From contig CBDCSU010000006.1 of assembly GCA_965221775.1 (NCBI GenBank), forward strand, positions 2,048,001 to 2,112,000: a DNA stretch of 64,000 nucleotides, given 5' to 3'. The notes beneath the pieces were generated by a model. It had not been told where the DNA came from. It saw only the letters and a program-made list of their open reading frames with translations, and ran no database searches. This document shows, piece by piece, positions 48,228 to 58,659 of the stretch. The stretch's first letter is position 1, and each line of letters opens with the position of its first letter. The DNA comes from Candidatus Latescibacterota bacterium (GTDB lineage Bacteria; Latescibacterota; UBA2968; UBA8231). Position numbers and translations under genes: made by a program.

Positions 48228-49769
48228 TCAGGCGCCGCCGCGCGGCAGCACCTCCGGCCACGGATGCCCGGCGGGGTCGAGGACCCGGCTGGGGGCGAAG
48301 TAGGCCTCCGGGTAGTCGTCGGGCCCCTCCAGCCCCAGGATCCGCTGCACCACGTGACGGCCGCCGTTGAAGGAGACGGCCGAGCCGGAGCCGCACATGC
48401 CGCCGATGATCCACTGGCCGCGGCCGTCGAGGCGCCCCACCACCGGGTACTCGTCCACCGTGAAGCCGGGGGTGCCGCTCCACTCGTGGGTCACGTGGAC
48501 GGGCTCCCGGCCGGCGAAGTAGCGCCTCAACTCGGCCAGGCAGTACTTGGTGATGAACCGGGACGGCGCGTTGCGCCCGGCGTGCCGGGCCGGGACCCGG
48601 GTGGCGTCGGAACCGACCATCACGCCGGCGCCCTGGGCGGGGAACTCGTGGCGGCCGAAGAAGGCCGCCTTGCCGCTCAGGCCGAGGTAAGGCTTCATGC
48701 TCCCGGGGCCGCCGCGGCCGAAGGCGGCCTGGGTCTGCACCGGGTGGATGAGCTCTCCGTAGCGGCGGTGCAGAAGCGCCGTGTACGACTCGGTGGCGTT
48801 GATCACCCGGCGGGCGCGGATCTCGCCGCGCCGGGTGCGCACCCGGTATCCCCCGTCCTCGTCGTCGTCCACGGCGGTGACGCGGGTGCGGGTGAACAGC
48901 TCGACGCGCTCGTCGGCCAGGGCGCGCTCCAGCAGGCACCAGACCCAGCGCGCCGGATGGAAGCTGGCCGCCGCCCGCGAGAATCCCGCCGGCTCGTCGA
49001 CCTGCATGCCGCCGAGGCTGTGGACCTCCTCCGGGGTCAGTTGCTGCCAGTCGTGCAGGCCCTGGGCGGCCCCGGCCTCGACGCTGGCCCGCAGGGCGTC
49101 CTGGTCGGCCGCGTCCCGGGCCTGGATCCAGCCCTGGCGGTGGTAGTCGCAGTCGAAGCCCTCGTCGCGGATCGTGGCCTCGATCAGGTCGGCGTTGCGG
49201 TAGGCGCTGCGGGCGTAGACGGCGGCGAACTGCTCCGCTAGGCGGGCGCGGTCGTCCTCGCCGAGATCGGCCCGCACCCGGTCGAGGTAGGGGCGCACGG
49301 TGTCGCGGACCATGGCGAAGTAGCGGCCCATGACCACCAGGCCCTCGTTGCGGCCGCTGGCCCCGGAGGCCGGGTCGTCCATCTCCAGAACGGCGAGCCG
49401 CCCGCCGGAGGGCGCCCGGGCCCAGTGGTAGGCGCAAGCGGCGCCCGTGAACCCGGCGCCGATGACCACGGCATCGACGGAGTCGGGCAGGGCCGCCTCC
49501 GGGCGGTCCCGCCAGGGGACGCCGGCCAGGGGGTTTCCCGCCGCCAGCCAGATCGGCGTGCGGTCCACGCTCCGGGCGAAGGTGACGCCGGCCAGGCCCT
49601 CGGGGATGCGGCGGAAGACCTGGGCCAGGGTCCAGCCGGCGAACCGGAGGAGGCGCCCCGGGGCGGAGTGCTCCGGCCACTGCAGGCGCATGTAGCTCCG
49701 AGCGGCCCTCAGGTCGTGGGCGCGCAGGCCGAGGAGGAGGGACAGGGCGCGGTGGATGCGGCAGAGCAT
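48228..49769 (-). CDS. FAD-dependent oxidoreductase (DAO family)
   Basis: VIGAGFTG, GASGRN.G, FHP, WSG..GFT.D..P.VG; start uncertain. Confidence 0.85.
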   Translation of the reverse strand: MLCRIHRALSLLLGLRAHDLRAARSYMRLQWPEHSAPGRLLRFAGWTLAQVFRRIPEGLAGVTFARSVDRTPIWLAAGNPLAGVPWRDRPEAALPDSVDAVVIGAGFTGAACAYHWARAPSGGRLAVLEMDDPASGASGRNEGLVVMGRYFAMVRDTVRPYLDRVRADLGEDDRARLAEQFAAVYARSAYRNADLIEATIRDEGFDCDYHRQGWIQARDAADQDALRASVEAGAAQGLHDWQQLTPEEVHSLGGMQVDEPAGFSRAAASFHPARWVWCLLERALADERVELFTRTRVTAVDDDEDGGYRVRTRRGEIRARRVINATESYTALLHRRYGELIHPVQTQAAFGRGGPGSMKPYLGLSGKAAFFGRHEFPAQGAGVMVGSDATRVPARHAGRNAPSRFITKYCLAELRRYFAGREPVHVTHEWSGTPGFTVDEYPVVGRLDGRGQWIIGGMCGSGSAVSFNGGRHVVQRILGLEGPDDYPEAYFAPSRVLDPAGHPWPEVLPRGGA

Positions 49770-50070
49770 GGCTGGAAGCTATGGTATCGGCAGGGTGAGA
49801 TCGACCGGCAGCCGGCGCAGCGTCGTCTGGCTGGCGGGTCCCGGAGCCCGTACCTTGGGCCATGCCAACCCCCTTCTCTCCCATGCGCTTACGACAAGAC
49901 CGCGCGTCCGGCCCGGAGTCTTTTTCCCCTCTCGTGACCCGGCGGGCACGACTTCGGCCAATCCCCGCCGCGGCTGGCGCTGCCCCCACCGGCCGCCGCC
50001 GGTCCGGCCGGCCTCCCGACGGGGCGCCCGCGCCCGGGACAGGCTCCCGCTCTCCGGAACCCGTCTCCCC

Positions 50071-53000
50071 ATGACCCTTCGCCCACGCCCCTGGCTCGTC
50101 CTCGCGGGAGCGGTGGCCGCCGCCGTCGCCGGCCCGCCGTCCGCCGCCGATCCCTCCGCCGCCGGACTGCGCCTCGTCGACTCCAACGCCGGGGGCCTCC
50201 GCCTCGTCCTCGAGGTGGAGCCCGGGATCGGTCCGGAGGGGCGGCGCATCGCGGCTCCGGGGCTGCCCCGGGGGGCCGGTCCGGGAGGGGTCGACCTGCC
50301 GTACGTGGCGGCCCTGGTGGCGGCCCCGCCCGGCGCCCGCCTGCGGCTGTCGGTGGTCTCCGAGGCGCACCAGGACTACCCAGGCGTGGAGCCGATGTCC
50401 GCGGACAGCCAGGCCGTGGTACTGGACCCGCGCCAAGTGGCGGCCCTCGCCCACACCGAGCCCCTCGGCCGGCTGCGCGGAACACCCGCCCACCGGCTGT
50501 GGCTGTTCCCGTGGCAGGTGGATCCGGCTTCCGGGAAGGTCCGAGTGCACCGCCGGCTGGTAGTGGATGTGGCCTTCGTCGGCGGGGGGGCCCACCGGCC
50601 CGCGCCTCTCCCCGATCCGCACGGCGACCTCCTTCGAGGCGCCTTCATCAACCCGCCCCCATCCGCCTGGGCGGCTCCGCGTCCGGCGGCGCGTCCGGCC
50701 GCGGCCAAGAGCTGGTACGACCCGGCGCAATCGTGGATCAAGCTCCTCGTGCCGGCCGACGGCGTGTACCGCATCACGCCGGGGTGGGAGCCGTTCTCGC
50801 ACCATGAGGCGGAATCGATCGATCCGCGCACATTCCGGCTGTTGCGCGGCGGTGGCGAGATCCCCCTGGTGGTGCGCGGCGGCGGCGACGGGTCCTTCGA
50901 CGCCGGCGACGAGCTGCTGTTCTACGGGCGCTACCGGCGCGCGGTCACCGCCGGGCAGGAGCGGGACCACGAGAGCGAGTACGGCCCGGAGGAGACGTAC
51001 TGGCTCACCTGGGGCGGCGCCCCCGGCCGCCGCTACGAGGAGCGGGACGCCGCCCCGGACCGCGGCTACCCTCAGAGGGAGTGGTACCTGCACGCGGCGC
51101 ACCACGAGATCGACCGCAGCTTCGACCAGCTCGGGTTCGCCACCGACCTGCAGATGGACCGCTGGTTCTGGCAGCCGCCCCAGGACGCGCTGACCGCCAC
51201 CGAGCCGGACACGCCCTCCAGCCAGACCTTCGCGGGGGACATCACCGCCATCCACGAGGGGGAGGAGTACGAGGCGCGCGTGGAGGTCGCCCTCCAGGGC
51301 CGGACGGGAGAGGGGTTCGGCGAGCACCACACGGTGGTGCACTTCAACTGGACCGGCGCCGACTCGCGGGTCCTCGAGGAGGCCTACTGGGTGGGGCAGG
51401 TGCCGCGCGTCATCGACGCCTCCGTGCCCTCCGGCTGGCTGAAGCCGCGCAACCGGGTGCTGCTGCAGGGGTACGCCGACCGCATCAAGGTCGACCAGAT
51501 CTGGTTCAACTGGTTCCGGGTCACCTACCGCCGCCGGTTCGACGCCGATCCGGGATTCCTGGCGGCGTCGGCCGAGGCCGCCCCGGAGGGCCACCGCATC
51601 ACCGTGGAGGGGTTCCGGCACCCGGAGGTGGTGCTCCTCGACGCCGCCAACGGCGCGCTCCTGAAGGGGGCGGCGGTCACCGCCGCCGACACCTCCTTCC
51701 AGGCGACCTTCGAGGACGCTCCCGCCTCGCCGCCCCTCTACGTCGCGGCCGACAGCCTCTCCCTGCGGGAGCCGGTGGGCATCGCAGACACGCCCTCCGA
51801 CTGGGCCTCGGGGACGCACGGCGCCGACTACGTGATCCTCTCCCACCCGGAGTTCCTCGACGCCGCGCAACGCCTCGCCGGCCACCGTCGCGGCCACGGG
51901 TTGCGGGTCGCCGTCGTCTCCACCGAGGACGTGTACGACGAGTTCAGCTTCGGCCGCGTCCAGCGCGAGGCGGTGGCCGACTTCATCCGTCACGCCTACG
52001 AAGCCTGGGCGCCGCGTCCGGCTTTCGTCACCCTCCTCGGGGACGCGACCTGGGACTACCGGGGGGTCTACACCGGCAAGCCGAAGCGGACGCTCGTGCC
52101 CACCCGCTACTACCTGGCGCGGGAACGGGGGTTCTCGCCCTCCGACTACCGCCTCGCCCTGGTCGACGGCGACGATCTGCTGGCCGATCTGTCCGTGGGG
52201 CGGCTGGCCGTCGACTCGGCGGAGGAGGCGGAGCGGGTGGTGGACAAGATCATCGCCTACGACTCCGACCCCGAGCCGGGGGACTGGCGCAGCCGCTCGG
52301 TCTTCGCCGCCAACTGGCACGCCAAGGACGAGTTCTCCGGCCCCCTCGACTCGCTCGCGGCGCGCTACACGGAGCCGGCGGGCCTGCAGTCGGTGCGCAT
52401 CTACGCCCCCGACGAGGCGCCCCTGCCCAACCCGCGCGGCAAGGCCTTCGTCGACGCCCTCAACGACGGCGCGCTGATCGTCAACTTCTCCGGCCACGGC
52501 GCCGCGGGGGCGATGCAGTACCTGTTCTCCACCGGCTTCCCGGACTGGGAGTACCTGAACCAGGTGCGCAACGGCGGCCGCCTGCCCCTGATCCTGGCCC
52601 TCTCCTGTCTCAACGGGCTCTTCACCCTGCCCACCGAGGAGGCCCTGAGCGAGCTGATGACGGAGCACGAGGAGGGCGGCGCCATCGCCTTCATCTCCGC
52701 CACCGCCCTGTCGCGGGCGGCCCAGAACCGGCTGCTCAGCGACCAGCTCTACAGCCTGATTTTCACCGAGGGCCGGCTGCGCTTCGGTCCCGTCCTCGAC
52801 GCCGCCAAGGCGCGGGTCCTGGCGGCCCACTCCAGCTACCGCGACGCGGTGGAGACGATGCAGCTCATCGGTGATCCGGCCCAGGAACTGGCCCTGGCGC
52901 CGGGCGCCGACTACGCCGCCGCCGACCTGGCCGTCCACGGCGGGAGGGTGACCACCGGCGCCACGGTGACGGTCACGGGCCGGTTCCGCAACAACACCCG

Positions 53001-55632
53001 CCTCGGCGCCGACAGCCTCACCGTCGCCCTCTTCGGCGAGGCACCGGGAGCGGCCCCCGACACCCTCTGGGTGCAGCGGCGCGGTCCCTTCGCCGGCAGT
53101 GACAGCCTGCGCTTCGACTGGGCCGTGGGCGACCGCCGCGGGCTCTACCTCCTCTCCCTGATCGTCGACGCCAACGACCAAGTGGAGGAAGCCGACGAGA
53201 GCGACAACCGTCTCGACCTCTCCCTCCACATCCTCGATGCCCGTGCCGCCTCTGCCCTGTCTCCGCCCGACGGCGGCGTGGCGCCCGCCGCGGCGCTGCG
53301 CGCGCTCACCCCGGTGGACGCCTCGGGCGGGTCGGCCGGCCTGGCCTGCGAGTTCGCCCTCTCCACCGAGCCCGGTTTCCCCGACTCGGCCACGGCGTGG
53401 TCGCCGCTGGTCCCGGCCCGGCAGGGCCTGGCGGAGCACGCCTTCGAGGGGTTCGCGGCGCCGCCGGGGTCATCCCTCTACTGGCGGGTGCGGCTGGTGG
53501 ACGATGCCGTCCCCGGTCCGTGGTCGGCGGTGCGGACCTTCGCGCTGGATTCCTTGCCCCCCGGGGCCGCGGACGGCCTGTGGAGGAGCCGCGGGCCTCA
53601 ACTCCTGGCCCTCGGCGAGTCGGGGGGCGGTCTCGTCGCCGAAGGGGGCGCCGTCGCCCTTTCTGCCTCGCGGCCGGCCTTCCGCCCCTCGGCGGCCACC
53701 CGCGAGGACGGCTTCACCGTCGGCGAGCTGGAAGGCGCCGGGATCGTGGCCACGGACGGGGAGCACCTCTACGCAAAGCGCTGGTTCAACGACCCCTCCA
53801 CCCGCTACGCCGGCACCGACTACTTCGCCCGCATCGGCACCGGCTTCGGCGGCACCGAGCGCGGCCGGTTCTACGGGTTCCTGCCCGACTCGACCTCCGG
53901 CGGCATCTCCGCCACCGGCCACTCCGACGGCTACCTCTACTGCGACGCCGGACGGACCTTCGAGCTGGAGCGTCTGGACCCGCGCACGGGCCGGCTCGAC
54001 ACGGTGCGGGTCCCCGACGGCCTGGTCGACTGGAAGACGGGGCAGGTCGTGGAGGAGCCGGCGGAAGGACAGGTGATCCACGCCCTGATCACCTCCGACG
54101 GCCGCTACGTGTACAACGTCTCCATGAGCTCCGCCGTGGGCATGCGCGTCGGCTGGCGGGTCCGCGTCTTCGAGCCGGAAGCGGACTGGCGGCTGGTGCG
54201 CGAGTTCGTGGCGCCGCCCACGGAGACGGGCTTCACCTATAAGTGGACCGACGGGATCCTGGCCGACGGCGAGCGTCTCTACCTGATCGAGTACGCCGGC
54301 CGCCGCCGCATCCGCGCCGTGAGCGCCCTGGACGGCACCTTCATCGACGAGTGGACCTCGGACCAGGAGGAGACGGGGAGCCTCGCCGGCCAGTACGACT
54401 GGGTGAACGACAAGGTCTGGCTGGCCGATCTCGGCGCCGTGGTGCGGCCGGGGCAGCCGCTGGACAAGACCGGCGCCTCCCTGTTCCGCTACGGGCGCCA
54501 CGGCCGCAGGCAGCCGGCCCGCCTGTGGTCGCCGGCCATCGGACCGGCCGCGGCCTGGGGGACCCTGACCGTCGACGGGCGCGGCGTGAAGGTGAGCGTC
54601 CAGGCTCCCGCGGAGGACGGCGGCTGGGCGGATCTCCCCGGACGGGAGGTGGCGGCCCCCGGCTCGGTGGACCTCTCCGGCCTCGAGGCGGAGCGCTTCC
54701 GGCGGCTGCGCCTGGCGGCGCTCGTGGACACCGCGGCCGGCGCCCGCCTCTCGGAGTGGCGGGTGAGCTACACGGGTCTGGCCGACCTGGAGGTGGCCGC
54801 CGCCGAGGCCGGCGAGGGGGTGGTCCGGGCGGCGGTCCGCAACCGGGGCGCGGTGCCGTCGGCGCCGGCGTCCCTCCGCCTGGAGGGGAGGAAAGGGGAA
54901 CCGCTCCGGGAGCGCCGGCTGCCGGCCCTGCCGGCCGGGGAGCTGGTGGCCGCCGTCTTCGACTCGCTGGGCCCTCTGCCGGCGGGGGCCCGGGTGCGGG
55001 TCCTGTACGAGGGGACCGACGCCGACCTAGGGAACGACGCCTTCGTCCTGGCCCTCCAGGGTCCGCGGCTGATCTTTCGGACCTGGCCGGGGGGCCACCG
55101 GCTGCAGAGCGGGGACGCCCTCGGCACCCGGGCGCTGTGGGTCGAGGCGGACGGCCCGGGGCGCATCGAGCTCGCCGTGGACGGCTCACCGGTGGCGGCG
55201 GACTCGACGTGGACCACCGCCGCCGCCGCCAGCGCCCTCTACCGGCCGGCCGAGGGCCTGCAGCAGGTGGAGGCGAGACTGGTGGACGACGGAGGAGAGC
55301 TCGCCGTGTCGCGCATCGATCTCCTGGTCGGCCGGGGCCTCCACGCCGCCAACGTCCTCGTGCACCCCCACCCGGTGCCCGGGGAGGGCGCCGCCTTCAC
55401 CTTCTTCCTGTCGGGGGAAGCCGAGGTCGGCGTCGATCTGTACGCGCTCGGCGGCCGCCGCATCCGCCGCCTGGGACCCGTTCCCTTCGGAGCCGGTTTC
55501 GGTCAGCTATGGTGGGACGGCCGTGACGGGGGGGGCCGCTCGCTGGCCAACGGCACCTACCTCTACGTGCTGACGGCGACGGCCGGCGGTGAACGCGTCC
55601 ACCATCGCTCCGCCATCTTCGTGGGGCGCTGA
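50071..55632 (+). CDS. C25 (gingipain/PorU-like) cysteine peptidase with CARDB, Fn3-like and C-terminal FlgD/T9SS-like domains
   Basis: Signal peptide; DGVYRI, VYDEFS.G, LLGDA, VGRL, FSGHG, LSC; VDA.DQVEE.DE.DN; WDGRD..G..LANGTYLY. Confidence 0.85.
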   Translation: MTLRPRPWLVLAGAVAAAVAGPPSAADPSAAGLRLVDSNAGGLRLVLEVEPGIGPEGRRIAAPGLPRGAGPGGVDLPYVAALVAAPPGARLRLSVVSEAHQDYPGVEPMSADSQAVVLDPRQVAALAHTEPLGRLRGTPAHRLWLFPWQVDPASGKVRVHRRLVVDVAFVGGGAHRPAPLPDPHGDLLRGAFINPPPSAWAAPRPAARPAAAKSWYDPAQSWIKLLVPADGVYRITPGWEPFSHHEAESIDPRTFRLLRGGGEIPLVVRGGGDGSFDAGDELLFYGRYRRAVTAGQERDHESEYGPEETYWLTWGGAPGRRYEERDAAPDRGYPQREWYLHAAHHEIDRSFDQLGFATDLQMDRWFWQPPQDALTATEPDTPSSQTFAGDITAIHEGEEYEARVEVALQGRTGEGFGEHHTVVHFNWTGADSRVLEEAYWVGQVPRVIDASVPSGWLKPRNRVLLQGYADRIKVDQIWFNWFRVTYRRRFDADPGFLAASAEAAPEGHRITVEGFRHPEVVLLDAANGALLKGAAVTAADTSFQATFEDAPASPPLYVAADSLSLREPVGIADTPSDWASGTHGADYVILSHPEFLDAAQRLAGHRRGHGLRVAVVSTEDVYDEFSFGRVQREAVADFIRHAYEAWAPRPAFVTLLGDATWDYRGVYTGKPKRTLVPTRYYLARERGFSPSDYRLALVDGDDLLADLSVGRLAVDSAEEAERVVDKIIAYDSDPEPGDWRSRSVFAANWHAKDEFSGPLDSLAARYTEPAGLQSVRIYAPDEAPLPNPRGKAFVDALNDGALIVNFSGHGAAGAMQYLFSTGFPDWEYLNQVRNGGRLPLILALSCLNGLFTLPTEEALSELMTEHEEGGAIAFISATALSRAAQNRLLSDQLYSLIFTEGRLRFGPVLDAAKARVLAAHSSYRDAVETMQLIGDPAQELALAPGADYAAADLAVHGGRVTTGATVTVTGRFRNNTRLGADSLTVALFGEAPGAAPDTLWVQRRGPFAGSDSLRFDWAVGDRRGLYLLSLIVDANDQVEEADESDNRLDLSLHILDARAASALSPPDGGVAPAAALRALTPVDASGGSAGLACEFALSTEPGFPDSATAWSPLVPARQGLAEHAFEGFAAPPGSSLYWRVRLVDDAVPGPWSAVRTFALDSLPPGAADGLWRSRGPQLLALGESGGGLVAEGGAVALSASRPAFRPSAATREDGFTVGELEGAGIVATDGEHLYAKRWFNDPSTRYAGTDYFARIGTGFGGTERGRFYGFLPDSTSGGISATGHSDGYLYCDAGRTFELERLDPRTGRLDTVRVPDGLVDWKTGQVVEEPAEGQVIHALITSDGRYVYNVSMSSAVGMRVGWRVRVFEPEADWRLVREFVAPPTETGFTYKWTDGILADGERLYLIEYAGRRRIRAVSALDGTFIDEWTSDQEETGSLAGQYDWVNDKVWLADLGAVVRPGQPLDKTGASLFRYGRHGRRQPARLWSPAIGPAAAWGTLTVDGRGVKVSVQAPAEDGGWADLPGREVAAPGSVDLSGLEAERFRRLRLAALVDTAAGARLSEWRVSYTGLADLEVAAAEAGEGVVRAAVRNRGAVPSAPASLRLEGRKGEPLRERRLPALPAGELVAAVFDSLGPLPAGARVRVLYEGTDADLGNDAFVLALQGPRLIFRTWPGGHRLQSGDALGTRALWVEADGPGRIELAVDGSPVAADSTWTTAAAASALYRPAEGLQQVEARLVDDGGELAVSRIDLLVGRGLHAANVLVHPHPVPGEGAAFTFFLSGEAEVGVDLYALGGRRIRRLGPVPFGAGFGQLWWDGRDGGGRSLANGTYLYVLTATAGGERVHHRSAIFVGR

Positions 55633-55669
55633 TCCTGGAAACGGGGAACGTCCTGGCGCCCGGCCGCGA

Positions 55670-55966
55670 TCACTCGCCGCGGCGGATGGCCTCGATCTTC
55701 TCGTCGCGCTCGGCGAACAACCCGTCGCGGACGGACTTCATCTCTTCCTGAAGCTGTTGCCGCTGCTCGGCGGCGGCCTGCGGATCCTCTCCGCCCCCGG
55801 CCTTCTCGATCCGCTGGCGGAGGACGATCTCCTGCTCGGCCCACCGGGCCTCGTAGGTCTTGCGGGTCTCGTCGATGGCGGCGATCTGCTCGGGGCTGAG
55901 CCTGGCGCGGTCCTTGTCGACGAGGGACTCCGACTTTTCAAGGGCCAGCTCGAGTGCTGATTTCAT
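55670..55966 (-). CDS. small coiled-coil hypothetical protein
   Basis: MKSALELALEK start, GGAG RBS. Confidence 0.8.
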   Translation of the reverse strand: MKSALELALEKSESLVDKDRARLSPEQIAAIDETRKTYEARWAEQEIVLRQRIEKAGGGEDPQAAAEQRQQLQEEMKSVRDGLFAERDEKIEAIRRGE

Positions 55967-56074
55967 CGTCACGTCTCCAGTCGGGCAGTGTGGTAGCCGT
56001 CTTCTGCAACGTAGCGCGAGAAGAAACAACGTGCCAGGATCACCGCTGGCGGGGACGGTCTTCCTGAGGGGCTG

Positions 56075-56103
56075 TTGACAGGGACCACTGGCAAGGGCAT
56101 TGT
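56075..56103 (+). promoter_or_regulatory. possible sigma70 promoter
   Basis: Perfect TTGACA, 17 bp, weak CATTGT. Confidence 0.35.
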
Positions 56104-56178
56104 GGGAGAGAGGTCCCCGCAGCGTCAAAGTTCCCGTCCTCACCCGCGCGGATCTCTTCTCTTGGAGGAGATGCCACT

Positions 56179-56916
56179 ATGAGTGCTCTGACTCTTGAAT
56201 TCAGCCCCGCAGTGGGCAACCGCCTGGAATTCGATCACCTGATTGCCCAATGCAGGGCCCTCCTGGATCTCTTGGACTGTACTGAGCCAGGTGGCAAATG
56301 GAGCGTTGCTCAGTTGAGTTACTCCAGCCCGGCCAAGGTGGTCATTGAACCCCAAGATCCGGAGAAAGCCGACGGAAGCACGTTCTTGAGTGTACTGAAC
56401 AGCATCGTCGGTGAGCACCGCGTTCCTGTCCAACTGGACCACAACGGCCGATCCAAGTTCCAGAAGGTACTGGGCAATGCCAACAGGGTGAGGACGGTCG
56501 TTTCCAATCCTTATCGACGGGTCAGCATAACCGAGGAAGCAAGCTTCCCGCTTGAAGGGGAATACAGAGGCAAGACAGTGTCCATAGGGCGGGTCAAGGG
56601 TAGATTGCAGGGCATCAACACCCATGGCAAAGAGGAAATCCGGATCTACCCGATGGCTGGACCCGCGGTGGTCGAGTGCAAGATTCCCCAAGAGATGATA
56701 CAACAGGCAGGGGCGGCCATTGATCGCTATGTCGTCGTCACAGGAAAGAAGATCTACAGGTCCGGCGAAGTGTTCCCTCATCGCATTGAAGTGTCCGACA
56801 TGCAAGTCCTGGAAACCCCTCCAACATGGGAGGATCTCCGAGGGAGCGCCCCGGGAATGACGGGCGGCAAGCCATCTGAAGAGTACGTCAGGGAACTGCG
56901 TGATGCAGGAGAGTAG
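56179..56916 (+). CDS. hypothetical protein, OB-fold-like C-terminal half plus antitoxin-like tail
   Basis: GGAGGAG RBS; lower GC; tail WEDLRG...SEEYVRELRD; overlaps the PIN gene. Confidence 0.75.
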   Translation: MSALTLEFSPAVGNRLEFDHLIAQCRALLDLLDCTEPGGKWSVAQLSYSSPAKVVIEPQDPEKADGSTFLSVLNSIVGEHRVPVQLDHNGRSKFQKVLGNANRVRTVVSNPYRRVSITEEASFPLEGEYRGKTVSIGRVKGRLQGINTHGKEEIRIYPMAGPAVVECKIPQEMIQQAGAAIDRYVVVTGKKIYRSGEVFPHRIEVSDMQVLETPPTWEDLRGSAPGMTGGKPSEEYVRELRDAGE

Positions 56917-57371
56917 ACCGAGGCGTGTCTATTTTGACTCATGTGTGTTCATCTCCCACTTGCAGGATGGGGAGGATAGGCCAAACGAAGAGGAAAAGAG
57001 AGTCCTGGCATCGGTTGGATCGGAGGTCCGGAAGGGCAGAATCCACATAGTCCTGTCTACCATCGTGTACACCGAGGTCATACGGAAGAGTGATCGGAGT
57101 GGTATGGCCGAGTTCGGCCGCTACATCGAGACGTCACCCGAGACGTCCGAGGTTGAACCAAGCGCCAGGATATGTACGAAGGCAGGAGAAATCCGTTTGC
57201 AGTATGAAAAGAACAATGGGCACACCGGACGCCATTCACCTGGCTACGGCGATCTTGTGGGAGGTTGGTGCCTTCTTCACCTACGAAGGCCGCCTGCTTC
57301 GCCTGGACGGCAAAATAGACGGCCTGAAGATCGAGAAGCCGAACGTCCCTCAAATGGAACTGGATGTGTGA
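56903..57371 (+). pseudogene. PIN-domain toxin split by a +1 frameshift near 57205-57215
   Basis: VYFDSCVFI and STIVYTEV in one frame; TPDAIHLATA...FFTYE in the next frame. Confidence 0.8.
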
Positions 57372-57409
57372 CGGTCCCCCGCTGTTAGGTAAACGAGGGA
57401 GCAATCGCC

Positions 57410-57859
57410 ATGAACCGCAGATGGGAGATCTACCTCTCCGGGGAGATCCACAGCGACTGGCGCGAGCGCATCCGCGCCGGCGCCGAAGAGGCGGGGCTGC
57501 CCGTCGACTTCACCTGTCCGGTCACCGATCACGGCGCCAGCGACGACTGCGGGGTATCGATCCTCGGTCCGGAGGAGAAGGCCTTCTGGAAGGACCGCAA
57601 GGGCGCCGGCCTCAACGCCATCCGCACACGCACGCTGCTGCGCCGGGCGGACGCGGTGGTGGTCCGCTTCGGGGACCGCTACCGGCAGTGGAACGCCGCC
57701 TTCGACGCCGGTTTCGCCGCGGCCCTCGGCAAACCGCTGATCGTCCTCCACGACGCCGGCCTCACCCATCCCCTGAAGGAGGTCGACGCCGCGGCTCTGG
57801 CCGTGGCCGAGGAGCCGGAGCAGGTGGTGGAGGTGCTGCGCTACGTGACCACGGACTGA
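57410..57859 (+). CDS. YtoQ family protein
   Basis: YLSGEIHSDWRE, PVTDH..SD, RFG..YRQWNAAFDAG, HPLKEVD. Confidence 0.92.
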   Translation: MNRRWEIYLSGEIHSDWRERIRAGAEEAGLPVDFTCPVTDHGASDDCGVSILGPEEKAFWKDRKGAGLNAIRTRTLLRRADAVVVRFGDRYRQWNAAFDAGFAAALGKPLIVLHDAGLTHPLKEVDAAALAVAEEPEQVVEVLRYVTTD

Positions 57860-57874
57860 TTCGGCGGCGGCGGC

Positions 57875-58474
57875 TCAGAGCCCCGGGAGGCGGCGCAGGT
57901 CCCGCCCCCAGGTGAAGCCGATGTAGATGAACTCGCGGCCCATGGCCAGTCGCGCGCCGATGGCGTTGCCCGTGGGGGAGGGGAAGAACATGCCGATGGT
58001 GCCGTACACGGTGCGCGGCTCCTGGCCGCGCCAGCCCGGGCCGAGGTGGAGCACCCCCGGCCGGTCGGCGACGTAGACCATCTCCACCGGCAGCAGACTG
58101 AGATCGACGGAGAAGGAACGCAGGGTGTTGGTCTTGCCCCGGCAGAGGCGGTAGGGGACCAGATCCCCGGTCACCGTGTCGAGGCAGACGTCGTAGCCCC
58201 GGTAGAAGCGGGGCCGGTAGCGGATCTCCTTGGACTGCAGCAGGGCGAAGTCGGCGACGGTGACCGTGGCCATCACGTGGTGGCGCGGGGCGAGGGCGGT
58301 CAGGCCGAGAGGGATGTCGAGGCCCGTGCCGGGCTCGAGATCGACGACCCCGAGGCCGGCGGTGAGGAAGAGCCCGGCCGGCAGGGACGGGTTCTCGACG
58401 ACGAGGGGTTCGGCGCCGGCGGCGGTCGGGCCGAGGAGTAGGAGGGCGGCCAGATGAAGCACCCGGCGCCGCAT
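57875..58474 (-). CDS. secreted hypothetical protein
   Basis: Signal peptide MRRRVLHLAALLLLG..A.A; beta-strand-rich. Confidence 0.65.
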   Translation of the reverse strand: MRRRVLHLAALLLLGPTAAGAEPLVVENPSLPAGLFLTAGLGVVDLEPGTGLDIPLGLTALAPRHHVMATVTVADFALLQSKEIRYRPRFYRGYDVCLDTVTGDLVPYRLCRGKTNTLRSFSVDLSLLPVEMVYVADRPGVLHLGPGWRGQEPRTVYGTIGMFFPSPTGNAIGARLAMGREFIYIGFTWGRDLRRLPGL

Positions 58475-58659
58475 GAACGGCCGGGGACCTCCGGGCCTAG
58501 GGCGGCCCGGGCTCGCGCTGGGTCTTGTTGATTCGATCAGGAGGCTGGCTTGTCGCGGGGCCGGGGAGGGGGCCGGGACGCGGTGCCCGGATGGGGAAGT
58601 ACGATACTCGGCCCCCTGGACGCGGGCAAGGCGGACGGCCGCCGCCGCGGGGACGCGTC

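Noticed and set aside
46606-53439. 2277-aa minus-strand ORF and other long overlapping ORFs
   Set aside because: Antisense or off-frame shadows of real genes caused by high GC; no domain motifs
56021-56036. Second sigma54 promoter (TGGCACGTTGTTTCT, minus strand)
   Set aside because: -12 element lacks the conserved G; too weak
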